Assembly: GCA_965224085.1 (NCBI GenBank)
Contig: CBDCYI010000005.1
Coordinates: 160,001 to 224,000 of the forward strand
Reading direction: 5' to 3'
DNA: 64,000 bases
From: Candidatus Marinacidobacterales bacterium
GTDB taxonomy: Bacteria > Acidobacteriota > Vicinamibacteria > Marinacidobacterales > SMYC01
The position numbers and the translations under genes are program-made. Positions 39,292 through 49,750 of this stretch are shown piece by piece (the first letter of the stretch is position 1; each line of letters opens with the position of its first letter). The notes below the pieces were generated by a model. That model saw nothing but the letters and a program-made list of their open reading frames with translations, ran no database searches and was not told where the DNA came from.

Positions 39292-41325
39292 ATGCATCAT
39301 CTCGGCAATTTTTCACTCATGGCGATCGTGGTGCTCGCCACTTACGCGGTGGTCGCCTCCATCCTCGGCAGCCGTCGTGAGAGCGCGCGCCTCGTCAAAA
39401 GCGGAGAGCGCGCCCTTCTGACATGCTCGGCGCTTTCGACCGCGGCGTGCTTCGCGCTCGTAACGCTTCTTCTCAAGAGTGACTTTCGCTTCGAATATGT
39501 TGCGAGCTATTCGAACCGCGACCTTCCCTTCTTCTACAAGATCTCGTCGCTCTGGGCGGGGAATAACGGCTCGCTTTTATTCTGGAGCTGGCTCATCTTC
39601 GTCTTCACGGCCATCACGATCCTGACGAATCAGAAGAAGAACCGCGAGCTCATGCCTTATGTCGTCGCGACGCTCGGGGTGATCACCCTCTTTTTCACCT
39701 ATTTGAACTATTGGGTCTGTAACCCGTTCGTCGAGCTCGGCGTAGTGACAGCCGCCGGCGCGGAATCTTGGGCTCCAGCCGATGGCCGTGGCCTCAACCC
39801 GCTCTTACAGCACCCCATCATGGCGATCCACCCGCCAATTCTCTATATCGGCTATGTCGGCTTCGTCATCCCCTTCGCGTTTTGCGTTGCCGCACTCGCG
39901 TCCGGCCGTCTCGGCGCCGAATGGATCACGTCGACGCGCCGGTGGACGCTCGTCGCTTGGTTCTTCCTCGGCACCGGCATCATCCTCGGCGGGCGCTGGG
40001 CTTATGTCGAGCTCGGCTGGGGCGGCTATTGGGCATGGGACCCGGTCGAGAACGCCGCGCTCTTACCGTGGCTTACAGGCACCGCCTACTTGCACTCCGT
40101 CATCATCCAGGAGCGCAAGGGCATGCTCAAAATTTGGAACGTTGCGCTCGTTGTCATCACCTATCTTCTCTGCGTCTTCGGAACGTTTCTCACGCGCAGC
40201 GGCGTGGTTTCTTCAGTGCATGCTTTTGCCGAATCTGATTTCGCGCAAATCTTTCTCTTCTTTATCATCGTGGCCGCCGCGGTCTGCACCGGCCTCATCC
40301 TTTACCGGCTAAAAGAGCTCAAGTCCGAGAACGAGCTCGACTCCGTCGTCTCCCGGGAATCGAGCTTCTTGTTCAACAACTTACTTTTCCTCATCGCGTG
40401 CTTCGCCGTGCTATGGGGCACGATGTATCCCGTCTTGTCGGAATGGCTTCACGACGAAAAAGCAACGGTGGGCCCGGCCTATTTCAACAAGGTCAACATT
40501 CCCATCGGCCTCGCGCTTCTCGCACTCACGGGCATCGGGCCACTTCTCGCGTGGCGGAAGTCATCCTTCGAGAGCCTCAGAAGAAACTTTACTTGGCCGT
40601 CCGTTGTCGGCGGCGCTACGTTCGTCGGCCTTCTCGCGCTCGGCATGAGACATCCCGCGGCGCTCATGACCTTTTCTCTTTCGACCTTCGTGACCACGAC
40701 GATCTTGCTAGAGTTTCACAAAGGGGCGCGGGCGCGACAGGCCCATCGAGGCGAAGGCTATGCCAGCGCGCTCGTCGACCTCACGCTCGTGAACACGCGT
40801 CGCTATGGCGGCTACATCGTCCATTTCGGGATCGTGCTGATTTTCATCGGCATTGCCGGCATGGCTTTCGACACGGACATGAAGGCCGATCTCGCCACGG
40901 GCGAGTCGATTCAAATCAAAAGCTACGACGTGAAGCTCGCGGGCTTGAAAGACGGCCGCACGCCGAACTATGAGTGGCTCTCGGCAAAGCTCGAGATCCG
41001 CAAGCACGGCAAGCTCGTCGGCACCTACGAGCCGCAAAAGCACTTCTACTTCGCGAGCCAGCAGCCGACTTCCGAAGTACGCCGGCATGCGAGCTTCGTC
41101 GAGGACGTGTATCTCGTTTTCGCGAGCGTCACCGACGACGACAAGGCCACGGTGCAGGTCTTCGTCAAGCCGCTCGTGCGCTGGGTTTGGATAGGCGCCA
41201 TCGTGATGTTTCTGGGAACCGTCGTGACTCTCGTGCCGGACAAACGCGAGCTCAAGCTCGTGCGCAAGACCGAGGCCGAGAAAAAGGCGGCCGCTCAGAG
41301 TAAGAAGAAATATGAAGTCGCTTAG
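39292..41325 (+). CDS. ccmF: Cytochrome c heme lyase CcmF
   Basis: GLNPLLQHP, IHPP, WGGYWAWDPVEN, SVHAF. Confidence 0.96.
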   Translation: MHHLGNFSLMAIVVLATYAVVASILGSRRESARLVKSGERALLTCSALSTAACFALVTLLLKSDFRFEYVASYSNRDLPFFYKISSLWAGNNGSLLFWSWLIFVFTAITILTNQKKNRELMPYVVATLGVITLFFTYLNYWVCNPFVELGVVTAAGAESWAPADGRGLNPLLQHPIMAIHPPILYIGYVGFVIPFAFCVAALASGRLGAEWITSTRRWTLVAWFFLGTGIILGGRWAYVELGWGGYWAWDPVENAALLPWLTGTAYLHSVIIQERKGMLKIWNVALVVITYLLCVFGTFLTRSGVVSSVHAFAESDFAQIFLFFIIVAAAVCTGLILYRLKELKSENELDSVVSRESSFLFNNLLFLIACFAVLWGTMYPVLSEWLHDEKATVGPAYFNKVNIPIGLALLALTGIGPLLAWRKSSFESLRRNFTWPSVVGGATFVGLLALGMRHPAALMTFSLSTFVTTTILLEFHKGARARQAHRGEGYASALVDLTLVNTRRYGGYIVHFGIVLIFIGIAGMAFDTDMKADLATGESIQIKSYDVKLAGLKDGRTPNYEWLSAKLEIRKHGKLVGTYEPQKHFYFASQQPTSEVRRHASFVEDVYLVFASVTDDDKATVQVFVKPLVRWVWIGAIVMFLGTVVTLVPDKRELKLVRKTEAEKKAAAQSKKKYEVA

Positions 41326-41773
41326 CGCCGTCGCCGTCATTTTACTCTTTGCCCGGGGTGGCTCTGCTCAGGTAGAACGTCCGCACGGTCCGGAGTTTCG
41401 CGCCGCTGGCGATGCGCTCATGTGCCAATGCGGCTGCAATCAGACCATATCGTCCTGCTCGATGGAGCACTGTCATTCAGCGGAGCCTATCCGTGAAGAG
41501 ATCTGGGACAGGATCGGCAAAGGCGACGGCATCCAAGCCATCGTCGAGACGTTCAAAGAGCGCTACGGCCTCGTGATTTTGTCGGCGCCGCCTACGGCGG
41601 GCTTTCACCTAACGGCCTGGATCATGCCGATCCTCGCGTTTATCTTCGGCGCCTTCGTCATCACCCGCGTGCTGCACGCGTGGAGACAGCAGACCGTCGC
41701 CGCCGAAGCCGGTGGGCCCATAAGCGACAAAAACCGCGCCCGCATCGAGAAAGAGCTCCAGGACCTGAGTTGA
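41312..41773 (+). CDS. ccmH: CcmH-like protein
   Basis: LMCQCGC, RYGLVILSAPP, C-terminal TM. Confidence 0.85.
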   Translation: MKSLSAVAVILLFARGGSAQVERPHGPEFRAAGDALMCQCGCNQTISSCSMEHCHSAEPIREEIWDRIGKGDGIQAIVETFKERYGLVILSAPPTAGFHLTAWIMPILAFIFGAFVITRVLHAWRQQTVAAEAGGPISDKNRARIEKELQDLS

Positions 41774-42279
41774 TTCTCGCCCTTCTCGCTGCGCTCGGCA
41801 CCGTCGTCGTCGCCTTCGTGCTCTATCCCGTCTTCGCGAACGCAGCCGCCGAGTCGATTTGGCTCAACGAGACCCAGAGCGAGCTCCGCGACCTCGACGA
41901 GAAAAAAACTCAGATTTTGACCATCATCAAAGACTTGGACTTCGAGAAAGCTTCCGGCAAGCTGTCCGACGCGGATTACGAATCTTCGCGCAACGACTAC
42001 CTCGCTCAAGTCTCGGCAGTGATGACCCGAATCGACGAGCTCGCGCCACAACAAGAGCAAAAGCCCAAAAAGAAAATTTCGGTGAAGGCTAAAAGGACGC
42101 CGCCGAAGAGAAAAGCGGAGACAATTGCTTGCGCGAGCTGTGGCGAAACCAACCCGAAGAGCTCGAAGTTCTGCCTCGATTGTGGGAGCCCTTTCGAAGC
42201 TCGGTGCGCGGCTTGCAGTGAAACACTGCCCCCTAAGGCCAAGTTCTGTAACGCTTGCGGCGAAAAGGTGAGCGCATGA
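41770..42279 (+). CDS. CcmI-N-like protein with double zinc ribbon
   Basis: TM; IKDLDFEKASGKLSDADY; CASCG...FCLDCG...CAAC...FCNACG. Confidence 0.8.
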   Translation: MILALLAALGTVVVAFVLYPVFANAAAESIWLNETQSELRDLDEKKTQILTIIKDLDFEKASGKLSDADYESSRNDYLAQVSAVMTRIDELAPQQEQKPKKKISVKAKRTPPKRKAETIACASCGETNPKSSKFCLDCGSPFEARCAACSETLPPKAKFCNACGEKVSA

Positions 42280-43337
42280 AGGCTCGTGTGCTCACGCTCA
42301 TCATGGTGCTCGCGGCGACCGCGGCAGTGGCGCAGCCACGAGGCGGGATCTTGACCGTGGAGCTCGTGAACGGCACCACCGGAGGACCGGGTTCGGGCGA
42401 GAAGGTGACACTCTATCGCCTCGCCACAGAGATGATGCCGGTGAAGGAGCTCGGCGCCGTCTCGGGCCGCTTCGAGATCACCGATATCGAAGTGGAAGGC
42501 GAGCGGCCGATGCTCCTGCAAGTGACTTCATCGGGTGTCAATTACAACCAACCGGTAAGCTTTGGTCGCGGCTATGAAGCGCGAGCCGAGATCACCGTCT
42601 ACGACGCCTTCGACGAGTGGGACGATACCGTTATCGCGATCACGACGTCGCGATTTCTCTACCGCCGCGAAGGCGACAAGCTTCTCGTCGATAAAGTTTT
42701 CGTCATCGAGAACCGGAGCTCGCCGCCCCGCACCTATCACAACCCGGACGGCACGTTTCGGTTCAACTTGCCTACGGACAACCTGCTCTCGCTCCATTCT
42801 GTCTCGGCGTCGAGCGCGAGTGGGATGCCGGTGCCGCAGCAGGCTTCGCCCATCGCGACAGGCCCCGGCTATGTGACGAAGACGGCGTTCAAGCCGGGTG
42901 AGACGCAAATGTCGATCTCGTACGAGGTGGCTTATGCCGGTGGCCGCTACGCCGTGGACGCGCAAAGCTTCTTCGTGCTGCCGGAGCTTCTTGTCTTCCT
43001 AGCGCCCCCCGACGTGAACGTCGAGGCCGCGGGATGGGAAATTCTCGGGGTCGAGCCGCAAGGGCGTTTTTTCGCCATTCGAAACAACGACGTTGCCCCC
43101 GGCGATCCCATCCGCTTCGAGCTTTCGGGCGGTAGCTCGGTGGCGGAAGATCTCGTGCCTTCTTCCGGCGAGAGCGGAGCGGGCGCGGCACCCCCCGCTA
43201 CGAGCGGTGGCACCGTGACACGGCTAGAAGACCCTACCCGTGCGTCGAAATGGGTCGTGATCATCTTGATGGCAGCGGCCCTCGGCTACGGCCTTCTAGC
43301 CTCGCTTTATCCATCTTCGACGCGACGCGCCGACTGA
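42276..43337 (+). CDS. Exported beta-rich protein with C-terminal TM in ccm operon
   Basis: Signal peptide, C-terminal TM, ATGA overlap. Confidence 0.8.
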   Translation: MKARVLTLIMVLAATAAVAQPRGGILTVELVNGTTGGPGSGEKVTLYRLATEMMPVKELGAVSGRFEITDIEVEGERPMLLQVTSSGVNYNQPVSFGRGYEARAEITVYDAFDEWDDTVIAITTSRFLYRREGDKLLVDKVFVIENRSSPPRTYHNPDGTFRFNLPTDNLLSLHSVSASSASGMPVPQQASPIATGPGYVTKTAFKPGETQMSISYEVAYAGGRYAVDAQSFFVLPELLVFLAPPDVNVEAAGWEILGVEPQGRFFAIRNNDVAPGDPIRFELSGGSSVAEDLVPSSGESGAGAAPPATSGGTVTRLEDPTRASKWVVIILMAAALGYGLLASLYPSSTRRAD

Positions 43338-43344
43338 GGTTTTT

Positions 43345-44073
43345 TTGGGGTTGACGGAAACCTTATCGGGCGCGGCCGTTTTCGCAGCGAGTCGTCTGAC
43401 GAAGCAGTTCGGACGCATCCCCGTTCTGAAGGAAGTCGATCTCGAGCTCACCCGCGGCCGTTGCCACGTGCTGTTCGGTAGAAACGGCGCTGGGAAGTCG
43501 ACGCTTCTCTCGGTGGCGGCGACCTTGATGAACCCGACTTCCGGTGAGCTTTTCTACGACGGCAAGCCGCTCGCCGAACTCACGAGCTCCATGCGGGCCA
43601 AGATCGGGCTCGTGAGCCATCAGAGCTTCGTCTACGCCGATCTGACCGTCCGGGAGAACCTCGAGTTCTACGCTTCGCTCTATGGCACGTCACGCGACGT
43701 CGACGAGCTTCTCGAATGGGCGGACCTCGCGCTACGGTCGGGCTCTCCCGCGCGAAGCCTCTCGCGCGGGATGCAGCAGCGGCTCGCGATTACGCGCGCG
43801 CTCGCGCACGAGCCAAAGCTGCTCTTGTTCGACGAGCCGTTCACAGGTCTCGACGCGGTCGCCTCCGAGCGGCTCAGCAATCTTCTGAACGACATCAAGG
43901 GCCGGGATGTCACCGTGCTCCTCGCCACGCACGACATCGAGCGCGGCGTCGCTCTTGCCGATCGCGTCTTGCTCATGGACGGAGGTCGTATCGTGTTCGA
44001 TAAAACCGACGCGACCGATATTATCGACGAGCTTCGCCGCCTCCTTCTCGAGACGAGCTCGCTCGGGAACTGA
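43345..44073 (+). CDS. ccmA: Heme exporter ATP-binding protein CcmA
   Basis: GRNGAGKST, LSRGMQQR, LLFDEPF; directly upstream of ccmB. Confidence 0.9.
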   Translation: MGLTETLSGAAVFAASRLTKQFGRIPVLKEVDLELTRGRCHVLFGRNGAGKSTLLSVAATLMNPTSGELFYDGKPLAELTSSMRAKIGLVSHQSFVYADLTVRENLEFYASLYGTSRDVDELLEWADLALRSGSPARSLSRGMQQRLAITRALAHEPKLLLFDEPFTGLDAVASERLSNLLNDIKGRDVTVLLATHDIERGVALADRVLLMDGGRIVFDKTDATDIIDELRRLLLETSSLGN

Positions 44074-44074
44074 C

Positions 44075-44770
44075 GTGAGTCCTTATCCGCGCGTCGTGCT
44101 CGCCATCCTTCGGAAAGATGTGCGCAAAGAGCTACGCACCAAAGAGATCGTTTCCTCGATGTTCGTCTTCGCGGTGCTCGTGCTGGTCGTTTTCAATTTC
44201 ACTCTCGCGCTCGACGAGACGCGGGCACTCGAACTCGGCCCCGGCATTCTCTGGACTGCGTTCATCTTCGCTTCGACGCTCGGGCTCAACCGGAGCTTCG
44301 CGGCGGAGCGCGAGAATCAGAGCCTCTCCGGTCTCATGCTAGCGCCGGTCGATAGGAGCGCGATCTATTTCGGGAAGCTTCTCTCGAACCTTCTCTTCAT
44401 ACTCGTGATGGAGAGCTTTGTTCTTCCGCTCTTCGTCGTCTTCTTCAATTTGAACGTGCGTGCGACCCTTCCAGGCTCGGACCTGGCCTGGTTCGGCCTC
44501 GTTCTCGTGCTCGGAACGGTAGGCTATACAGCGCTCGGCACTATCCTCGCAGCGGTCGCCGCCAATACGACGATGCGCGACGTGCTGCTGCCAATGCTTC
44601 TGTTCAGCTTCGCGATTCCCATCGTCATCGCGGCGGCCGAGGCCACACGGCTTCTCTTCGATGTCGATCCTTTATCAGGCCCGGGCACATGGGTGGCGCT
44701 TCTCGCCGGCTGCACGACGTCCTATCTCGCGGTATCGTGGATGGTTTTCGAATACGTGCTCGAAGACTGA
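44075..44770 (+). CDS. ccmB: Heme exporter permease CcmB
   Basis: KDVRKELRTKE, PGILW, LNRSFAAEREN, FGKLLSN, LLPMLLF. Confidence 0.92.
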   Translation: MSPYPRVVLAILRKDVRKELRTKEIVSSMFVFAVLVLVVFNFTLALDETRALELGPGILWTAFIFASTLGLNRSFAAERENQSLSGLMLAPVDRSAIYFGKLLSNLLFILVMESFVLPLFVVFFNLNVRATLPGSDLAWFGLVLVLGTVGYTALGTILAAVAANTTMRDVLLPMLLFSFAIPIVIAAAEATRLLFDVDPLSGPGTWVALLAGCTTSYLAVSWMVFEYVLED

Positions 44771-44916
44771 GCCCACTTGCACCCAACTGTCGCTCTTCTA
44801 ACGACCCTGCTGGCGCAAGCCCCGGACGGCCGAGGCCTCGCTGTGACCGCGCACGAAGTCGAAGAGCTTCCACGCATCGACGGCGTGCTGAGCGAGCCTA
44901 TCTGGCAGCGCGCTGC

Positions 44917-46285
44917 GGATGTGTCCCGAGGTCCGTGGAAAAAGAACAGCGCACCTCGACTCCGTCATCAGGGTATCAGATCAAGCGGCAACCTCCGCGT
45001 GTTCGAGAACCTCGCTCAGACGTTGGTAGCCGTCGATGCGTCGCAGTTGAATCTGGCCAGAGGCGATAAGCCCAAACAGCAAAGCGACCGCGGACTCCTC
45101 GCTGGAGAACGACGCTTGGGTTTTCGTCCGGCGTCGAAACTCGCGGTTGAGATTCTCCAGAGCATTGGTCGTGCGAATCGATTTCCACATGGCACGAGGG
45201 AATTCGTAGAAGGTCAGCAGCTGATTGCCGGCCTCCTCTAGGCTTCGGACGACGGCCGGCGCGAGAGGCGTCCACTTGGCGACGAGCTTGTCATAGGCTT
45301 TGCGAGCATCGATACCGTTTTTGCTGTAGACGATCCGGTTGTAGTCACGCCGGAGCTCACGGCGTGCGTGCGCCGGACAATGTTCGAGCAAGTTGGCGCG
45401 CTTGTGCTCGGTACATCGCTGCAACCGGCACTCCGGCCACTTCTCGAGCGCCTTCGTCAGCCCCTTGTGGCCGTCGCTGATCACCAGCTTGGGAGCCCGT
45501 AGTCCTCGGGCCTGGAGTCCTTCCAGCGCGGAGCCCCAATGCGTCGAGGATTCGCTCACTGCCAGACGCAACGACAACAGCCGTTTCTGGCCGTCTGGCG
45601 CGACCCCGAGCGCTGCCAGCACAGGCACGCTGATCACACGCTTCGCCATCCGCACCTTCAGGTGGAAGCCGTCCAGGTAAACGATCGCGTAGACTTCATC
45701 GCTAAGGTCACGGCTCTGCCATTCTTCGAAGCGCTCTTTTAGTCGGCTAACTACGCGAGACACCGCGCTTTTCGATAAGTGCTCTTCACCAAGCAGCGGT
45801 TTCAGCGCCCTGCGGATCCGAAGGCTGTTCGCGCCCGACAAGTACGTCCCCAAGATCACCTCGTCGACCTCACGAGTACGGCGCGCGTACCGGGGCAACA
45901 GCTCGCTTTTGAACTCCGTCGTCTCTCCCGTTTCCTCGTCTCGCACACGGGCTCGTGGCACTCGCAGCTCGCGTGTTCCCACCGATGTCGTCACGCGGCG
46001 GGTCTCGGCGCCGTTGCGATAACCACGGCGTCCTTCCGAACGCTCGTAGCTAACACAACCCAGCGCTTGGTCCACTTCCTCCTCGAGCACAACCTCGATC
46101 GCCTCCAGTACCCGCTTGCGCAACCGAAGCTGGACGAACTCCCGGTACTCGCTTACAGACTCCTTGGATATGGTGGTAGGCTTCTTCATGGCGTAATCCT
46201 CCTCCTCGCCTTTTCAGGCGCGGTTTTGATTTTGGTTAACCGGAGGTTACGCCATTCTTATTTCCACGGAACCCGGGACAGATCC
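44917..46285 (-). mobile_element. IS256-family element, intact, 9-bp TSD GCGCGCTGC
   Basis: IRs GGATGTGTCCCGAGGTCCGTGGAAA / GGATCTGTCCCGGGTTCCGTGGAAA; TSD at 44908-44916 and 46286-46294. Confidence 0.95.
44981..46189 (-). CDS. IS256 family transposase
   Basis: GYRNG, YLDG, ISDGHKGL, QRCTEH, RTTNALENLNREFRRR. Confidence 0.96.
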   Translation of the reverse strand: MKKPTTISKESVSEYREFVQLRLRKRVLEAIEVVLEEEVDQALGCVSYERSEGRRGYRNGAETRRVTTSVGTRELRVPRARVRDEETGETTEFKSELLPRYARRTREVDEVILGTYLSGANSLRIRRALKPLLGEEHLSKSAVSRVVSRLKERFEEWQSRDLSDEVYAIVYLDGFHLKVRMAKRVISVPVLAALGVAPDGQKRLLSLRLAVSESSTHWGSALEGLQARGLRAPKLVISDGHKGLTKALEKWPECRLQRCTEHKRANLLEHCPAHARRELRRDYNRIVYSKNGIDARKAYDKLVAKWTPLAPAVVRSLEEAGNQLLTFYEFPRAMWKSIRTTNALENLNREFRRRTKTQASFSSEESAVALLFGLIASGQIQLRRIDGYQRLSEVLEHAEVAA

Positions 46286-46511
46286 GCGCGCTGCCGTCGT
46301 CACCGACTTCGTACAAACCGAGCCGCGCGCGGGTGAGCCTTCTGAGCAGCGCACCGCAGTACGCATCATCTATACCCGTGACGTGCTTCTGATCGGTGCC
46401 CGAGCGCATCGTCGGAACAGAGCATCGTCGTGACGGGCTTCTCGAAGCCGAGGACAGTTTCGAGATCGATCCGGGCTACGAAATTCCGCAGCTTCCCGCC
46501 TGAGCCTCGTC

Positions 46512-46714
46512 TCAACCAGTACCGTCGGAATCCGTCGCTACTCCATTAGGTGACGTTGTCTGTCTTCACGAAGTCCAGGCAGCTAGCCGATCCGGGCCCA
46601 GAGCCGCGAAGGACGACCCAGAAATGCCCGATCGGTGTGATCGAGCGTCGGCCGGGGGCCGTCCCTTGTGAGCGCTGTCACTCGCTGCCGGAGCAGCAAG
46701 TTTTCGATCACGAG
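46512..46714 (-). pseudogene. Integrase-core transposase N-terminal remnant
   Basis: LVIENLLLRQRVTALTRDGPRPTLDHTDRAF...VKTDNVT*WSSDGFRRYW with stops and a frameshift. Confidence 0.65.
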
Positions 46715-46723
46715 ACAGTTGAG

Positions 46724-47672
46724 CTATCGCAAGTTCTTGTTGTACTCCATATCCATCCACATGGCGAACAACAGGGCCTGCATGGCGGTGACGATCAAGA
46801 ACCCGGAGAAGATGACGGCAGGGGCCGCGATGGATCCCAACGTGAACCGCAGGTAGAAGCAGTACAGGCCGAGAGCGACGCCAAACGCCAAAAGGAATAA
46901 ACCGAACGAAAGGAAGAAAATCAAAGGGTGAAAGTCGCGAATGATGTACTTCTCCTTGAGCCGCCAAGCGAAGGACTTGACGAGGAGCCAAGAGATTTCG
47001 GTATCACCTTGGGAACGCGCATTCCGGACTGCTCCCCGATCCCGTAAACGGGGCGCACCGCCACATCCGTCACGCGTCGGCTGTAAATATTGAGGAGCAC
47101 GAGAAAATGGTTGGGAAATCCGTAACCGGTGTAGAGCTTTTCCAGGGGAAGATCGGCCAGGGCCTCACCGGAGATCACCGTGTAGCCCGACTGGGAGTCG
47201 GCCACGTGCAGTAGCCGGATGCGATCTTCGTCAACAAGGAAAGAACGGCGTTTCCAAAATATCGCACCTTGGGGATGATCCTCCAAGCTTCCCCGCTGAA
47301 GAGGCGATTGCCCTTGCTATAGTCCACCTCGCCACGGGCCACCGGGCGAAGGAGGTTCGAGAGATCCGCTGGATCCATCTGAGCATCACCCCCCATGACC
47401 CCGATCATATCCATTCCGTCCTCGAGGGCCCGGCGGTATCCGGTTATGATTGCGGCTCCCACTCCCCGATTCTTTGAGTGCTCCAGAAGAAAGACACGGC
47501 CGTTCATCGAAGCTTCGTGTGAGCGAACTTTCTCCTTGGTGGCATCTCGGCTGGCATCGTCGACCACGTAAATCCGATCGACCGCGTCCGGCATCGTCTC
47601 GATGACCCGGCTGATCAGCTTTTCCTCGTTGTAAGCAGGAACCACGATCCCCACTTTGCGATTTTCAAACAT
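46724..47672 (-). CDS. GT2 glycosyltransferase with two frameshifts (about 47205 and 46995)
   Basis: VPAYNEE, VDDAS, MGGDAQMDP, KGNRL; HVADSQSGYT; RLKEKYIIRDFHPL and C-terminal TMs in successive frames. Confidence 0.85.
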
Positions 47673-47839
47673 GACCTACCACCCCATGCCGGGCCTTCCG
47701 CGCGCGCGCCTCGGCGCCGAAGTCAAGCGAGCCGCCAAGCGAGAAGGACACCGGGAGCCTCGAACGCTGCCGACGGAAAGAGGCTCAAAGCACCGCGAAA
47801 TGGATACGTCCTCGCCGTCGAGCGCCTCGTTTTCATGCA

Positions 47840-49615
47840 TCACAGGGTCTTTTCCAGGACGAAATCTCCCATGATCAACGCATCCAGACCCGTGCCGTAG
47901 AAGCAGCGCAGCGCGTCCCGCGGGGTGCAAACGATGGGCTCGTCCTTCACGTTGAAAGACGTGTTGAGCACTCCCGGCACTTCCGTGATGCGGCGAAAGC
48001 AATCGATGAGCTCCCAGTAGCGAGGGTTGGTTTTTCGGCTCACCGTCTGGGGTCTCGTGGTCCGATCGATCCAGTGCATGGCGCTCGGAATGCTCTCCCG
48101 TTTGTTTTCCGCGACCTCGAAAGCCATGTTCATGAAGGGCGAGGGAGCGGGCTTTTTCACGTACTCGGGAAACGACTCCTCCAGAATGGACAGTGCGAAA
48201 GGACGCCAGCTCTCGCGAAACTTTACCCGATCGTTTACCAGGTCTTTCATGTCCGGCCTCCGGGGATCGGCCAGAATCGAGCGAGCCCCAAGAGCCCGCG
48301 GCCCGCACTCCATCCTTCCTTGGAACCAGCCCACAATCTTGCCCTCCGCAATCATCCGCGCTCCTTCCTCGGCGGCGCACCCAGAGAGGCGGTGAGGAAC
48401 TCGATTCGCCTTCAAAAGCGCCTCGATCTTCTCGTTGCTGTAATCCGGCCCCCAGTACAGGTGGTCCATGGTGAAACGGCAGTCGTCCCCTCGCTCCATG
48501 GCCGCCACCATGGCCGCCCCCAAAGAGACGCCCCCGTCATAGGCAATGGGCTGGATGAAAATCTCCCGGGCTATCCCTCGCCGGTGAATCTCGCCGTTCA
48601 TCTTGCAATTGAGAGCGACTCCGCCCGCCAGGCAGAGACGATCGGTGCCGGCCAGGCGGATGGCCAACGAGGCGAGATGAACGCCCGCCTCCTCGAGACG
48701 ATTCTGAACGGCGTAAGCTATTTCGCGGTGGCGGTCGTTGAGCGGGTCGCCCTTCGCGCGCGGCAGGCCTAGCTGGTCGACGAGCACGTCGCTGAAGAAC
48801 TTTCCATAGCTCCGCTTTCCGTAGAAGAGATAGTCGGCGTTCACCCGGATGCCGTCGTCGGTGATCATGAGGATTCGCTTCACGAGCTCCTCTATCTCCG
48901 GATTCGGCTTCCCGAACGGAGCCAACCCCATGAGCTTTACCTCGCCCTCGTTGGGGTTCCATCCCAGGAACTCGGTGAAGGCCGAGTAGAACCAGCCAAG
49001 CGAATGGGGAATGTTGATTTCCTTGAGGAGGCGAATTCGCTTCCCCTCGCCGCGGAAGATGGTCGTAGTGTTCTCCTCACCATGGCCGTCGAAAACCAAA
49101 ATCGCGCTTTCATCGAACCCTGAGCAGTAATGAGCGCTGGCGGCGTGAGCGAGATGATGCTTGATGAACGAGACGGGCGGGATCCGTCCGTCCTTGAAGC
49201 CGGCGTCGCCGAGACCGAGAACGATCTTTTCCATGAGGGCCTTGGGCTGAAAGCTCACCAGGCTCCTGATTCCGCTGAGGACGGCCGAGCCGAGCTGCGG
49301 CCTTCCCGGAGAAGCATGAGGAGCGCGGGGGTGTCGCCACGCCCTATGCTTCAAGAAAGACTTGGCGAGGAAAAGGGGAAAGCGCCACCGATAGGCATTG
49401 GCATCCCAGCCAAAGGCAATACAGTCGATATCGTCGAGCCCGAGCTTCGCACGCTTGAGACAGTAGCGAATGGAATGGCTCGGCAAATAGCCGAGGGCCT
49501 GCTTGACCCGAACGAAACGTTCCTCCTCCACGAAGGCGACGAGCTCGCCGTCCTTGAGCACACAGGCCGAAGGGTGTCCCCCCACGTCGACGGCAATGAT
49601 CCCGAGGATGTTCAT
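47840..49615 (-). CDS. Carbamoyltransferase (NodU/CmcH family)
   Basis: EEERF, HHLAHAAS, GGVALNC, GPRALGARS, KFRESWRPFA, LNTSFN. Confidence 0.94.
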   Translation of the reverse strand: MNILGIIAVDVGGHPSACVLKDGELVAFVEEERFVRVKQALGYLPSHSIRYCLKRAKLGLDDIDCIAFGWDANAYRWRFPLFLAKSFLKHRAWRHPRAPHASPGRPQLGSAVLSGIRSLVSFQPKALMEKIVLGLGDAGFKDGRIPPVSFIKHHLAHAASAHYCSGFDESAILVFDGHGEENTTTIFRGEGKRIRLLKEINIPHSLGWFYSAFTEFLGWNPNEGEVKLMGLAPFGKPNPEIEELVKRILMITDDGIRVNADYLFYGKRSYGKFFSDVLVDQLGLPRAKGDPLNDRHREIAYAVQNRLEEAGVHLASLAIRLAGTDRLCLAGGVALNCKMNGEIHRRGIAREIFIQPIAYDGGVSLGAAMVAAMERGDDCRFTMDHLYWGPDYSNEKIEALLKANRVPHRLSGCAAEEGARMIAEGKIVGWFQGRMECGPRALGARSILADPRRPDMKDLVNDRVKFRESWRPFALSILEESFPEYVKKPAPSPFMNMAFEVAENKRESIPSAMHWIDRTTRPQTVSRKTNPRYWELIDCFRRITEVPGVLNTSFNVKDEPIVCTPRDALRCFYGTGLDALIMGDFVLEKTL

Positions 49616-49750
49616 GAGCGATGGGATTATACACGTCTCGCCTCGGGCCGCCTCGATGCCTCGATGGAGCGGCTCGCAGCTTCGGTCTCGAGGTGATAAG
49701 GTGTCGGGCCGCTAATAAGTACGAGAGCCACTTGAAGCTGAGGCTCACTC

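Larger units (their letters stand above)
44777..46503 (+). pseudogene. CBM9-like/DUF5916-type gene remnant split by IS256
   Basis: PRIDGVLSEPIWQRAA continues after the IS as VVTDFVQTEPRAGEPSEQRTAVRIIY, then IVGTEHRRDGLLEAEDSFEI, then decays. Confidence 0.75.
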
